A stretch of 64,000 bases of DNA, filler included, from Licmophora abbreviata (GCA_900291995.1; 17 parts of 17 records of this genome joined end to end with filler, not necessarily neighbours in it), one strand, 5' to 3'; counted from the first letter of the whole stretch, positions 49,701-61,285 are shown. The notes: generated by a model from the letters alone, not told the origin. Numbers and translations are program-made.

Positions 49701-51013
49701 TTGTCATCCCTTCCTGTGTAGTTGTGCTTCCATATCAACTGGAAGAGGAGAAACTTAGTAGATTGTCTGTTCAGACAGATGCCGACCTCGAGCTTTGTGT
49801 CGCAATCGGGCGATATCTCTTGGCAATAAACAAGACTACTGCTCAACTCTCATTCTGGCTCACCGTGAAAATGAGAACAGGAAACGGCACGGGTCAGAGT
49901 CAGCACTCAAGATTATCGCTAAAGAAATGGGTGAAGCAGGCGCGAAGCGAGCCCGTCAGAGATGTGGCAGCTCGGGTTGCCGTCGAGGAGCTGGGATGCG
50001 GACCAGAGTACATTGCTCTCTGCGCTGAGATTATTTCTTGCGGAGAGACGGCCGCTCAAGTGAAGCGCTACCTCAAGGACGCCATGGGCGCTGCGCGTAT
50101 TGAAATTCAAGAAAATACCGAGAAGCTGCTGCAATGTTACGACAACTGCCAACTCCTGTATCTCGTGGATGAGATGAATGGGGTGCCCAAGAAATCGTCG
50201 GCTGAAAGTCCCGACTTTGGAAACGACAAAGTTTACCCAATACAAGTGAATCGAAACTCGGAGATGCTCCAGCAAACGTTCTTGGTATTCATGAATCTTG
50301 CCGTTATGAGTGCCACCGCACGCGAGGGACTTGTGGGCCTTGCAAAGCTGATTGGGCTTCCCGCAGCCTACGGAATTCCGTCCTCGTGGACCAAAGAAAA
50401 AGCAGGTCTGGTACACAGTCGTAGGCCCTCTAGCATTGCCGAGTTTGCGGTGCTCCAAGAAGTCCTTCGACGCGAGCGACAGCCCGAAGTCGGCAACGAG
50501 CTCTGTCAGCTTGAGGATTTTTTCCGTGATCTTGATCCCCTTCGAACTTTTGCAGACTTGCGGCGCGTATCAGACGGCAAGGACAACGGTGCCGCCATTT
50601 GGACGACTGAATCAGAGGTGATTCGTATGCGGAGCGCAATAGAATTTGCCAGTCTCGAATACAGACTCCGAGAACTGAAGCGCGAGTGGCTGCGAAAGAA
50701 GCAAATTCAACAAGAAATCGTTGAAGTTGCTCAACAAATCGAAGAGGTCAAAGGCACTGTTCCAGACAGCAAGACGGTTCGCCCAGGCACACTTGATGGT
50801 TCTCGTCGTCCCTCTACTACGTCTCGACGGCCATCGAACGGCGGGCGTGGTCCCTCTTATAGCGCTCGCCATACTTCAACCTCCAGCAGCCGCAGCAACG
50901 TCGGTCCCAGTCGACGCGCTGACAATCCACAGGCGGAAACCTATGTGAACCGTCCTCCGTCCAAAAAGAAGCGACAGAAGAAACGAATCCTTCCATTCTT
51001 TGGGTCATGCTAG
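43739..51013 (+). CDS. Very large ankyrin-repeat + protein kinase protein; spans a gap, an intron and a frameshift
   Basis: Many TPLH/LPLH ankyrin motifs on both sides of gap 46395-46494. VVLKFM; spliced VIHGDLKMAN (intron 48507-48585); IDFD; LPPE; DVWGFG; HAFF. One extra T in the T6 run at 49530-49535 joins ORF 49625-51013. Confidence 0.82.
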
Positions 51014-51141
51014 AGGAATTGATCCTGTGCAAGTATGGTTACGTAGTTCATTTAGAACATATTTCATATTGAAAAGCTGTGGCTCTAGTAGGTGATTTCT
51101 TACGTGAAAGTAACTCCTTTCTCCTGTGGTCCCGTTGATCT

Positions 51142-52287
51142 CTACTCCCCCAGTCCCAATGACTCGGCGGTCACCGGCGAAGGCACAATCCCAGATGGAT
51201 TCAATGGAAACAGCTGTTTGTAGTAAGACCCGCACGCATCAGCTAGATCAATGGAAGCTGAGACGCCCTCGATGTCGTTCCAACAACGATTGAGCCACGA
51301 GTGAATGTGACGATAGTTGCTTCGGACACTGCAATGCGCCCCGCCAGCATGGAACAGCGGTGCATACGCCCCATCGTAACGTAGGATAGTAGGCAATAGC
51401 CTCAGGTCAGCTTCGGTGAAGTCATCGCCACACAAGAATGGTTGCTGTGAGAGTACTTGATCACATCTCTGCAAGCCAGCTTGTACTCTCGTGCTCGCCT
51501 CCTCGTAGGCCTCCTGAGTCGTCGCAAAACCGCACTGGTAGACGCCATTATTCACCTCCGGATAGATCCAGTCGTTGGCAGCATCAATCGCTTCTCTCAG
51601 TTCAGTTGGATAAATGTCCCGTCTGGGTCGGTCACTACCGAATGTAGCGAGTTCCAGCATGCGGACAATGTCGCTAGATTCATTGGACACGATCGTGTTG
51701 GTCTTTGTATCGATGAGAAGTGGAGCTGTACATCGTCCCGAGTAGTTGGGAGAGAGTCGTTCGTAAATCTGTCGTAAATCACGACAGGATCTGTAGTTTG
51801 GATCTGTAGATTGCAGTACCCACCCACCCCGACTGGCCTGTTCGGGGCGATCCAGCAGTGTCACAGCTCGTACTTCACTGGAGCTTATTCCCCGCAAGGC
51901 CAGAACAAGTCGCACGCGATGACACCACGGACATGGATTACCTAAATAAACTTGATAGCGATTCGGTTCATCTGGATGCTTGTTGTTTCTTCCGATAAAC
52001 TCATTGAATGTGTAAGTAGGCCTTTCGTATTCACCCGTTTTGCTCTGAGGCGCCAATTCGGCCATCATGCGGCGCCAAATGAATTTCCAAGATTCGCGCG
52101 AGGTTTTTACTATGACACCCTGTGGAACAAACTTGCCAGCAGTCTCCAACAGATTGAAGCCCTTGTCCAAGGGAGAAGCGCAAAGCCAAGTGGGTTTGGT
52201 GTCAGGGTGGTTCAATATCGGCTTTCGAAGTGAATTTCTCCGGGTGAAGCTCGATTTCGGCGCAAAGGCCCACACTTCAGGCACTCC
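51142..52287 (-). CDS. Glutathionyl-hydroquinone reductase (GST Xi class, YqjG/ECM4-like), probably plastid-targeted, 5'-truncated
   Basis: CPWCHR, TAPLL.D...IVSNESSDI, NNGVYQCGFATTQEAY, TEADLRLLPT..RYD..Y, LNPSGIVP; WA-FAP motif at the gap edge. Confidence 0.9.
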   Translation of the reverse strand, partial: GVPEVWAFAPKSSFTRRNSLRKPILNHPDTKPTWLCASPLDKGFNLLETAGKFVPQGVIVKTSRESWKFIWRRMMAELAPQSKTGEYERPTYTFNEFIGRNNKHPDEPNRYQVYLGNPCPWCHRVRLVLALRGISSSEVRAVTLLDRPEQASRGGWVLQSTDPNYRSCRDLRQIYERLSPNYSGRCTAPLLIDTKTNTIVSNESSDIVRMLELATFGSDRPRRDIYPTELREAIDAANDWIYPEVNNGVYQCGFATTQEAYEEASTRVQAGLQRCDQVLSQQPFLCGDDFTEADLRLLPTILRYDGAYAPLFHAGGAHCSVRSNYRHIHSWLNRCWNDIEGVSASIDLADACGSYYKQLFPLNPSGIVPSPVTAESLGLGE

Positions 52288-52387
52288 NNNNNNNNNNNNN
52301 NNNNNNNNNNNNNNNNNNNNNNNNNNNNNNNTTAATTAATTAANNNNNNNNNNNNNNNNNNNNNNNNNNNNNNNNNNNNNNNNNNNN

Positions 52388-54222
52388 TTGAATATGATAC
52401 TGAATGCGTGTGCTAACAAAGTGGATCGGCAGGAAGCTCCGCATTTGGCCGAATCGGTGCTGGAGAGGCTGTTGAATAAGGCCCGAAGTGAAGATGCGGG
52501 AGTGATGCCAGACATTGTTTCTCTCAACACTGATATCAACGCATGGGCGAAAAGTGGACTGCCTGGCGCCCATCAAAAGGCTGAGGCTGTTCTAGAGCGA
52601 TCATACGAGCTGTGGAAGAGCACCGGAAATTCTGCGTGTATGCATGATACGATTGCATTCCATACAGTCCTTATGGCGTAGGCCAAAAGTGGGGATGGAA
52701 GGAGGGACACCCGAGCGAGCGGAAGCAATATTATAACGCATGCTAGATCTGTATGAGGGGAAAATGAAAGACGTCATGCCGGACGTTTGGACTTACAGCA
52801 CTGTCATCGATTGCTGGGCCAAGTCTGAGCGAAAGAATTCCATTTTGATGGCTGAGAATACCCTGAAGGGAATGTCGAACCTGGCGAAGAGATCCGGTAA
52901 TGATGATTTGCGACCTGAATGATGATTTGTGACCTGAACTTACCACTTGCAGCACCGGAACGAGCGGAGGCCTTGCTACTGAAAATGCCCAGTGAAGATG
53001 CTAACCCGAATGTGACATCGTACGGACACATAGTCATGAACTGCTGGACCAAGGCTAGACGAAAGGAATCTGCTGGCAGAGCCGAGGCGATTGTCAATCA
53101 CATGTTGGAATGATCGAAGACGACCGGCTATTCTTCATTGCGACCCGATGTCGTGTCATTCACTGTAACTGCATCGCATGCAGCGGGGAAGCGGCTCCGG
53201 AGCGAGCGGAAGCCTTGCTATGTCGAATGCAGGATGAAGGAGTGATACCAAACGTGCGATCATACACCACAGTGATCGACTGCTGGGCCAAATCTGGGCG
53301 AGAAGGCGCCTCTCTGAGAGCCGAGGCCATTCTAGATCACATGTTGCACCGGGCACAGACGAAACAAGGTAGTTTCTTGCGACCCGACGTTGTGACATTC
53401 AATACCATGCTTAATTCGTGGTCAAAGAATGGAGACTCTTCAACACCAGAACAAGCCGAAGCGCTGCTGTTGACAAATCCTGATGAAGGCATCAGTCCGA
53501 CTGTATGGTCTTACAACACCGTCATCAGCTGCTGGGCCAACTCCGGGCAAGAAGGCGCCTCTGCGAGAGCTGAGAGTATTGTTGATCATATGTTAGAGCT
53601 GGCAAAGAAGGCCGGCAATGGCCGTCTGCGGCCTGGGGTTATAACCTTGAACAGCGCACTGAACTGTTTGGNNNNNNNNNNNNNNNNNNNNNNNNNNNNN
53701 NNNNNNNNNNNNNNNTTAATTAATTAANNNNNNNNNNNNNNNNNNNNNNNNNNNNNNNNNNNNNNNNNNNNCCCCTGAACGGGCCGAGACCTGGCTCTTG
53801 CGCTTGCACACCCCGACGGGATCAATCCGGATGTAAGGTCGTACAATACAGTCATTGACTGTTGGGCCAGGTCGGGCCGGCCGGAAGCTGCTGAGAGAGC
53901 AGAGGCCATTCTACGGCATATTCAAAAGTTATCCAAATCGACTGTTCATGCTAGTGTACGGCCAAATACCATATCTTTCAACTCTACGATTAAAGCCATT
54001 GCGCTCAGTCGTCACCCCGACGCGGGCGATCGAGCTCTACGCTTACTGGACGAAATGAAAAGGGCTGCAGTCCCTTACGTGGCTCCTGACAGACGGACTT
54101 ACTCCACAGTGATCAAAGCCGTGTCGGCGAGCGGTTTTGTCGACAAAGCTGCGAAGGTACGACAACTTAGTCTCGAAATGGAAAGCCTCGGCGGCACCTA
54201 CCTAGTTCTGAAGTGTCCATAG
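52388..54222 (+). pseudogene. Degenerate pentatricopeptide-repeat (PPR) gene
   Basis: Repeated PDxxxYxTVIDCWAKSG...AxRAEAIL units broken by in-frame stops (MA*AKSG at 52679-52681, where other units have W) and by frameshifts; continues across gap 53672-53771. Confidence 0.78.
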
Positions 54223-54352
54223 AATGCGTACCATTGCAACCTGAGAAGGTCAGCGTTGCCACCGACACGGATTACTAGTGAAATGTGTTATAAATTGGGA
54301 TGGAAAACAAGTGCGACATTGAAGCAAGAGTTGATCTCCTTCCCATATTTTC

Positions 54353-55834
54353 CTACTTCCGCTGTATAAGAGCGAGGAAAAATCCCCCAGAATCGTGGTC
54401 CTGTGGCCAAAGTCGTGCGCATCGTTCGAGAGGAAGGTCGCGGGTGTCAGCCGAAGGCCACATAGATTTCAGAGGCTTGTCATCCATGTGATTGTCGACA
54501 GCTTCCTTGTGCGTTTCATGCCAGCACAGCTTTCCATCATTCGAATACTCTGCCACTCCCCAATCGCGCACTCCTGGTCTCCGAACAAACCCGGACAAAT
54601 CTGGAAAGTATGCCAGCTCTGCTTCTCCTTTCATCTTTGTCAAGGCCGCCGCCACCACCGCTTCATTCTCAATTGGATTCAGACTGCATGTACTATAGCA
54701 CACCACGCCGCCTTTTTTCAATAGCTGTATCGCTCGTAACAAGATCTTGAATTGAGTCGGGTGCAATCGATTTGCATGGTTGGGTTTCCACATTGGTAGA
54801 ACATGTCGATCCTTACGACACGTACCGTCGCCACTGCACGGCACGTCACACACGATTACACTCCAGTGGGTTGTAGTGGACAATGTACTAGCGTCTTGAC
54901 AGCAATACGAAATTCGTTGTGTGAGTTCCTTTTCCATGCCCGAACGCTCCACGGCTTGTCGTAACGCGTCCAATCGACTCTCAGAGACATCGTTGGCCAG
55001 TATTCTTCCACTGCCAGTACTTGACAGTATCTCTAGAGCTTGTAACGTTTTGGACCCAGGTGATGCGCACATATCCAGAAGTCGACTCTTACTGCGCAAA
55101 TACTTAGCCTTCTGCAATGCCAGTACTGGCAACATGGAACCAAGCTCTTGTCGTGCCAGCATGCCGTCTTGGGAGCGTTGCACGAGAAGTTGCTTGAGGG
55201 ATGGTGATATAGCGGCTTTCCACAATTGTTTTGCCTGGTAAATGTTCCCGTCTCCAAAAGGCAAAGGCGCCACCTCGGGATGGCTGTGTTGTAGCTCGTT
55301 TCGAACCTCCACCGTCGCTGCCTCATCGGCGTCAGCCATGCGAAATCGAAAAGTCAAGGGAAGAGGCTTCGACAGTGTCTCCACAAGAACTCGGAGAGGA
55401 GCGAACTTAGCAGGCTGCTGACTCAAGAGTTCTTTGTATTGATGGACCAGCGGATGATTGTTTGCCGTGTCAATGGCAACAGGTGGTTTTGCCGACGGCG
55501 GTGCGGCGTTGCCGATCGAAGACGTTGCTGCAGAGTCATGCCTACGTTTCCTCTTTAGTCTTCTCTTGGATGCTCTGGATTGCCCTCCTGTGACCGGCTG
55601 TCCCACAGTGCACTCGCTCACCGCAATGGGAGGACTCTCAGTAATTTCATCCGCTGCTCTTTCGCCTCCCACAACGACACCCTGCGGTTGTCCAGCATAA
55701 TACTCGAGAAAGAGGGAATATCCAGCACCCTCTTTTCGAAACCAGATATTCTCAGGTCGCTGTTGCTTTCCGCGAGCATGGGAAAGTGGATTGGTGATGC
55801 TGGATCGCCGTCGTTTGCTGTTCATCGTCTTCAT
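54353..55834 (-). CDS. RNA cytosine-C5 methyltransferase, RsmB/NOP2/NSUN family (NSUN2/Trm4-like)
   Basis: RQELGSMLP, DMCASPGSKT, ANDV, DVPCSGDG, YSTCSLNPIENEAVV, PQDHDSGGFF. Confidence 0.92.
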   Translation of the reverse strand: MKTMNSKRRRSSITNPLSHARGKQQRPENIWFRKEGAGYSLFLEYYAGQPQGVVVGGERAADEITESPPIAVSECTVGQPVTGGQSRASKRRLKRKRRHDSAATSSIGNAAPPSAKPPVAIDTANNHPLVHQYKELLSQQPAKFAPLRVLVETLSKPLPLTFRFRMADADEAATVEVRNELQHSHPEVAPLPFGDGNIYQAKQLWKAAISPSLKQLLVQRSQDGMLARQELGSMLPVLALQKAKYLRSKSRLLDMCASPGSKTLQALEILSSTGSGRILANDVSESRLDALRQAVERSGMEKELTQRISYCCQDASTLSTTTHWSVIVCDVPCSGDGTCRKDRHVLPMWKPNHANRLHPTQFKILLRAIQLLKKGGVVCYSTCSLNPIENEAVVAAALTKMKGEAELAYFPDLSGFVRRPGVRDWGVAEYSNDGKLCWHETHKEAVDNHMDDKPLKSMWPSADTRDLPLERCARLWPQDHDSGGFFLALIQRK

Positions 55835-56070
55835 GGTGGTGGTTTAGCATCCGCTTGCATCACTTGTTCGTTGTTGCAAGTTTTCAGGAAGTTTCGAACT
55901 GAATGGCTGTGGCATCCGGCGAGTCACGAGTCGAGTCGTGGAAACGGGCCGACAGATCGACGGCGCGCCACGAGTCGAGTCACTGAGCTCGTGACTCAAA
56001 GCTCGCCACACATTTTTTTTTGACTCCGCCAGAAATCCGAACTATACTTTTCTATCCACGACGAACGGCC

Positions 56071-57501
56071 ATGGGAAAGAATAGAGCCAGTAAGAAGCGC
56101 AAGCACGCCTTGTTTCATGCTACCAAGCGTCCTTACGAGCAAGAGAAGCATCATGATGGAAGCAGCAGCAGAGAGGATGACGACTTTCACGACGACGGTG
56201 CCATTGCGGATTCCGAACTCGAGACTACAATCACAACAATCCAAACTCTCTCGGCGTCTCCCGGTCTACTCAAAAGTCCCAAATTCAAAGAACTGCGACG
56301 CGCGCTGCACCCCTTGATTGTGGAGCAGATGCAGTCATATGACAAGGGGACCGATTATAGAATCAAGGTGACTCAGGCCCTGCAACTGAAAAAGTGGGGC
56401 GATGCCCTAGCGGCACTGCAAGGATGCCACGATTTCCAACAGATTCCCAAACAGGGAACAATCCAAAGATGGGTGCGGGATTGCGACCTGGCAGAACAAT
56501 GCAAAATCAGTCTGTATCGTGGTATACTGGCTATCGCGCCCAACCATCATGCTACTGACACTGTTGTGCAGCAGCAGCAGCCTATTCTGGGAACAGTGTC
56601 TACTAGCGTTGCTCACTCTGCTAACATCGGCACGACAGCTACTACGGATCCACTTACAATTATGGATGGATGGCGATGGGATGACTCTGCAGCACATGAT
56701 GTTCTCGTAAAAGATGTACCTCCGTCTCTGACCGATCGCGAGCTCACTTCGAAAGTCATCTACCGGGAAGAAGCCACCTACAGACAACCTCCCAACACGT
56801 ATGATTTGTTGCTTCACACCACGTCGCCAGGAACGATTCAGTGGAGCGAAGCAACCCCGAGCGTCACCAAACATCCCGTACCATTTTGTCCAGGTGCATT
56901 TATCGTGGATAACGTGTTCACAGCGCATGAATGCGCCCAGCTTCGCTCTGTAGCCACGAAGCTTGGATTCCGACCGGACCATCCGCTTGCTCTCGCGCAA
57001 CCGACTGGCATTGACAGTTGTGAGTGGCTCGTGGATGACTCGATTCTATCGATCGTCCAAGAACGAGTCGACCGATATCTACCGACAACCATGGGAAACA
57101 ACGACAATGCCTTTTTGCATGGTATCAATCCACGTTGGAGGTTTTTTCGTTACAATCAACAGTGTGTCTACCGACCGCATTTGGACGGCTCATGGTCCGC
57201 CAGTAGAATCACTCACGACGGCAACTATGAAAATGATGACTCTTCAAAGTCCTACTTGACATTTTTGATCTACTTGAACGATAACTTTCAAGGCGGCCAA
57301 ACGCGATTTTATTTCTTGAATCCAGACGGTGGGGGTGTTGCGGCGAGAGGCGTAGTACCCAAAGAAGGAGCAGTTCTGGTATTTCCGCAGAGCAACAGTG
57401 CCACGAATATTCACGAAGGGTCAGCAGTCACATCGGGGACAAAATATGTGATAAGGACTGATGTCTTGTACCGTCAAATGGAGAACGAGGTGGAGGAGTA
57501 G
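56071..57501 (+). CDS. 2-oxoglutarate/Fe(II) dioxygenase (prolyl-4-hydroxylase-like)
   Basis: INPRWRFFRY, PHLDG (HxD), LTFLIYLNDNFQGGQTRF, HEG, KYVIRTDVLY. Confidence 0.9.
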   Translation: MGKNRASKKRKHALFHATKRPYEQEKHHDGSSSREDDDFHDDGAIADSELETTITTIQTLSASPGLLKSPKFKELRRALHPLIVEQMQSYDKGTDYRIKVTQALQLKKWGDALAALQGCHDFQQIPKQGTIQRWVRDCDLAEQCKISLYRGILAIAPNHHATDTVVQQQQPILGTVSTSVAHSANIGTTATTDPLTIMDGWRWDDSAAHDVLVKDVPPSLTDRELTSKVIYREEATYRQPPNTYDLLLHTTSPGTIQWSEATPSVTKHPVPFCPGAFIVDNVFTAHECAQLRSVATKLGFRPDHPLALAQPTGIDSCEWLVDDSILSIVQERVDRYLPTTMGNNDNAFLHGINPRWRFFRYNQQCVYRPHLDGSWSASRITHDGNYENDDSSKSYLTFLIYLNDNFQGGQTRFYFLNPDGGGVAARGVVPKEGAVLVFPQSNSATNIHEGSAVTSGTKYVIRTDVLYRQMENEVEE

Positions 57502-57726
57502 TAATTGATAGAATGGGACGGTCTTTCGCCCTCTCATACCCCCGCCAGCAATCCCTGGGGCAACTCTGTTCGCAATTGTAACGAAATTGTTTTCTTCACT
57601 TCTGGCACTCNNNNNNNNNNNNNNNNNNNNNNNNNNNNNNNNNNNNNNNNNNNNTTAATTAATTAANNNNNNNNNNNNNNNNNNNNNNNNNNNNNNNNNN
57701 NNNNNNNNNNCGCGGATGCCAAGACT

Positions 57727-57891
57727 TTGAATATGATACTGAATGCGTTTGTTAACAAAGTGGATGGACAGGAAGCTCTGATGTCTTGTACCGTCAAATG
57801 GAGAACGAGGTGGAGGAGTAGGAATTGATAGAATGGGACGCTCCTTTGCCCTCTCATACCCCCACCAGCAATCCCCAAAATTGTTTTCTTC
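57727..57891 (+). repeat. Chimeric duplicated segment: a PPR fragment joined to the 3' end of the 2OG gene
   Basis: 57727-57778 matches 52388-52439 (48/52 by eye). 57778-57875 matches 57458-57555 (93/98 by eye). Confidence 0.9.
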
Positions 57892-57972
57892 TAGGGCAAG
57901 TTCGTTTATTTCTATTTAAAGCCGCCTTTCGGAACTACTTCTAGTACACTAGCAGCTCCTTGTTAGCAAGTT

Positions 57973-59019
57973 TTACTGCTCGTCCTCGATTTTACTCGCC
58001 GCTTCGAAGAGCAATGGCGGCAACGCACACGCCACAATGTGAAAGACACAATGCGACCACCCCTTGAAGGGATACGTCGCAAATAGCCAACTTGCCACCA
58101 TCAATGTAGTCCACACGCGTACAAAGAGCCACCCTCCACCCTCGAGCTGCAGTATAGGAAGCGTGTAGAGGATCATGCTAATGCCAATGCGAAGCTGATT
58201 ACGCAGTGGAAGGACCTAGACAATACACGAGAGGTACGGGATAGAGTGAGATCGATGACATGCTTCAGAGCAACGACACTTCAACTCTCAGCATAGTATA
58301 CTCACTTTCGGCTGCATCTGCCTTGCGATAGAGTCGCCGTTGTAGAGAAAATTCAGCGCAGACCAAAGGACATTCTTGCTCGTCCCATAGCAAATTAGAG
58401 TGCTCGCGACATGAATGAAGACTTGATCCATTCTTCGACTCCAATGTTGAATTCTCGCATGTCGTTCCAGTCGCGGCGCATATTGCCAGTGGTACAGAAA
58501 CGAAAAAGGAGCATGCAAAACAATGCCAAGTGCGATGGAAGTCATCGTCAGAGGTGGAAGTGTAGAAGTAGTGATGTAGTAGTTGCGAAGATACCAGAGG
58601 CAGAAGAATACGTTGGGAATAACCGTAATTGCATTCCAACGTTCTTGGATGAGTGACATATCACGTTTGATGAGGTAGCTTTCGTTCTGTTCTGGGTGGT
58701 GCCGCGGAGGGCGTTGTGTCTCCGCAGCACAGAAATCAGTAGTACCAAGCGTAGTAGGCTTCGACGTCGTTGCGGAAGTCGTACTCGAAACGGACGACAC
58801 GGAGGACGCACTGTCACTGAGCGTTTCCAGCCTGTCATCGAGCAGGAAGGAGCCTTCGGCAGATACAACACGCGCTCTCGAGCGCAGCTCACGGCCGTTC
58901 TGTAACCATGGCGTCTGCTTCTCGTCGGTTTCTTCTCGTAGATCCGCCCACCGCCGTGCTGCAGTAGCACTGCGAGTCCGTAAGCTGACAGTGTCGTGCG
59001 TGGGAGGCACAAGTCTCAT
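57973..59019 (-). CDS. Multi-pass membrane protein, CREST/PAQR(HlyIII)-like
   Basis: Exons 59019-58306 and 58215-57973. SFLYH (SxxxH), RRMDQ and HCVFH (HxxxH) lie within hydrophobic helices. Confidence 0.65.
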
Positions 59020-60129
59020 GGTCTGAGCGGAGTTCGCAGTTAGAGGGTTCCACAGAAAAGATTCTCAGTCGTTTCGCTACCAGCAGCGAGACGAGTACTA
59101 TAGTAGAAGGAGTCTTGGTCTTTTTCAGAACGCAATTCGAACTCTCGAAATTCAATTTCGAATTCAAGGAAAATTGAGTTTTCTTCTGTCCCGATTGCTC
59201 TGTCAGGCAGTTTGATCCCGAATTCAGTGGCGTGCGCGTGCCAAGTGGCGTTTTGCTTGTGGTTCCTTCGGCGGCTGTGAAAGTGGGGAGACAAGCATCC
59301 GCTGTTGTGCTTGCGTTGCGCCAGAACTTTTCTCCCATGCCTCGACGCAGTGTATACGTATGATACACGCATCCTCCTCTGTCAGCAAAAGACAGCGACG
59401 CATCACGGAGAGTACGCTCGCTCACCTCGATATGATCTGAGGATTCATTTGCCTCATCATCACCAGTGTAACAGCTAAATCTATAGACGACCGCGCCGGC
59501 GCAGCGAGTTGAGTCGAGTGAGTCGAGACGATCGCGAACATGCTTCTCCGGATGATGGTTGGACCGTTTCCGGTGTGGCCTAGTCTATAATATAAGAAGA
59601 AACTCTCCTGCACGACTACAAGAGATACACTTCACCCGGATGGAGATATGTTGGCCGATTTGATGGCGATGCGCTCATCATGGAGGTTGTAACATACAAG
59701 TAGATTCGATTCATTCGAGAAACTCTTACTGCGAGCTCCATAGCCGGGAAACCTTTACAAGATTTCGTGACTGGGTAATTTTTGTTTTGATTTTTTTCTC
59801 GCGATGACGTCCATCCAATCAATCATGTCCAGCGAATGCCCATGGGACCGCAGATGATGCTCTCGATGGACATTACCAGGTCATCACTTTGTTTCGGTTG
59901 TCCAGGGGATTTCGTCGGTGTGAGTTCATCTAGCATACCCTTTTACGAATACACCATCCCATCGCGGTATGCAGTGCCGATTGTTATTTTCATTTTNNNN
60001 NNNNNNNNNNNNNNNNNNNNNNNNNNNNNNNNNNNNNNNNTTAATTAATTAANNNNNNNNNNNNNNNNNNNNNNNNNNNNNNNNNNNNNNNNNNNNAAGC
60101 AAGTCACAAGCTAAATGATTTCAGAGTGC

Positions 60130-61285
60130 TTATTCAAACAAGGAATTGGTCGAGTGGTTCCCAAAAGAATGGCTAGTCGGTGCGTCTCTGATGAAGGCCG
60201 CATGCTTCTCGATCAATAGGTGTGCCTTCGCTTTGGCGCCCCAGTCCTCGTAACATTCAATCGAACGTTCCAAGTGATAGGCCGCCCAGTATTCATCATT
60301 CATGTCAAGGAAAAATATGCCAGCCCTTTCGTGAGCAAGAGCTCTGTCCTGGAGATATCCCGCTCTCGCAGAAGATGATATTGAGTCCGTGAACATCTTC
60401 TTTGCGCGGTCTCTCTTTCCATTAATGACGGCCAGTTCTGCTTCAAAAAGCTGGATCATATGAACGCAGCTTACATTGCCGGCCTGCACCCACTTCGCCA
60501 TTTTTCGCAGGATCGCTTTCGCATCACGCAGTTGCTTCCGCCCTGCTTTTGACTTTGATCGTGCCATCGCAAACGCGGTCATGCCGGCATAGAATACGTG
60601 ACGAGGAACAAAAATGTGAGCGACCAGAATCTCCTCACCAACGCCGCGAGTTCTCTGCGACAGCTGGTCAGCCAACTCATAGTCACAAAATGTGTAGGCC
60701 AGTGATAGTCGATAGGCATCCACAACTACCTCCAAAAGTTTGTTGTTCGATTCCTTGGCAAGCTTCATCATTTCTTCCTGGTCCATTGCCTCCCCCGTTA
60801 GCACCAAGGGATCAGTCGATCTCCCAAGAAGATTCAAAATGCATTGCCATCTAACAAGCGAGACAGATCGAACGGCTGCCTGCTTGTAGTCACTCATCTG
60901 CTGGCAATGATCCGCCATCTCTTCTTCTAGTGGACCGAGCTGCCTGAGGCGGACCATGCAGAGACTCCATATATATCAAGATTGTACATTGCCTGCTCAA
61001 TATCGCCCGTCTCCATGCCAATCTGGTAGCCGTACAGAAAGGGCTTGATACTCAGCTGCGCGTCATTGGTCCAATGATGTGCGAACCCATACACGAGAAA
61101 GATGGCTCGGGACATGGTATCCTTGCAATCGAGTCTCTCCATCAACGCAAGCGCGACTTTCGCCGCACAAGAAGCCTCCTTTCAGATCACCTAGCTGACC
61201 GCATAGCACCATGGCATATGTAGCGAACGCCGTTGGAGAGTGCTGGTTGAGAAGAAAAGCACTTTGTGAGAGCGGAAAAGCAGTA
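60130..61285 (-). CDS. C-terminal TPR-like region of a STAND/AAA-ATPase-type protein; fragmentary and frameshifted
   Basis: GYQIGMETGDIE, FYAGMTAF, WVQAGNVSCVH...L.EAE, DRALAHERAG, Y.DWGA.AKA, as in diatom-expanded AAA-ATPase/sensor proteins. Could be a pseudogene or low-quality sequence. Confidence 0.65.

Noticed and set aside
59020..59996. Short ORFs here, and in 38850-39250, 43270-43730 and 63240-64000, as genes, MITEs or ncRNAs
   Set aside because: I could not find coding motifs, terminal inverted repeats with target-site duplications, or tRNA/rRNA structure by eye; left unannotated.
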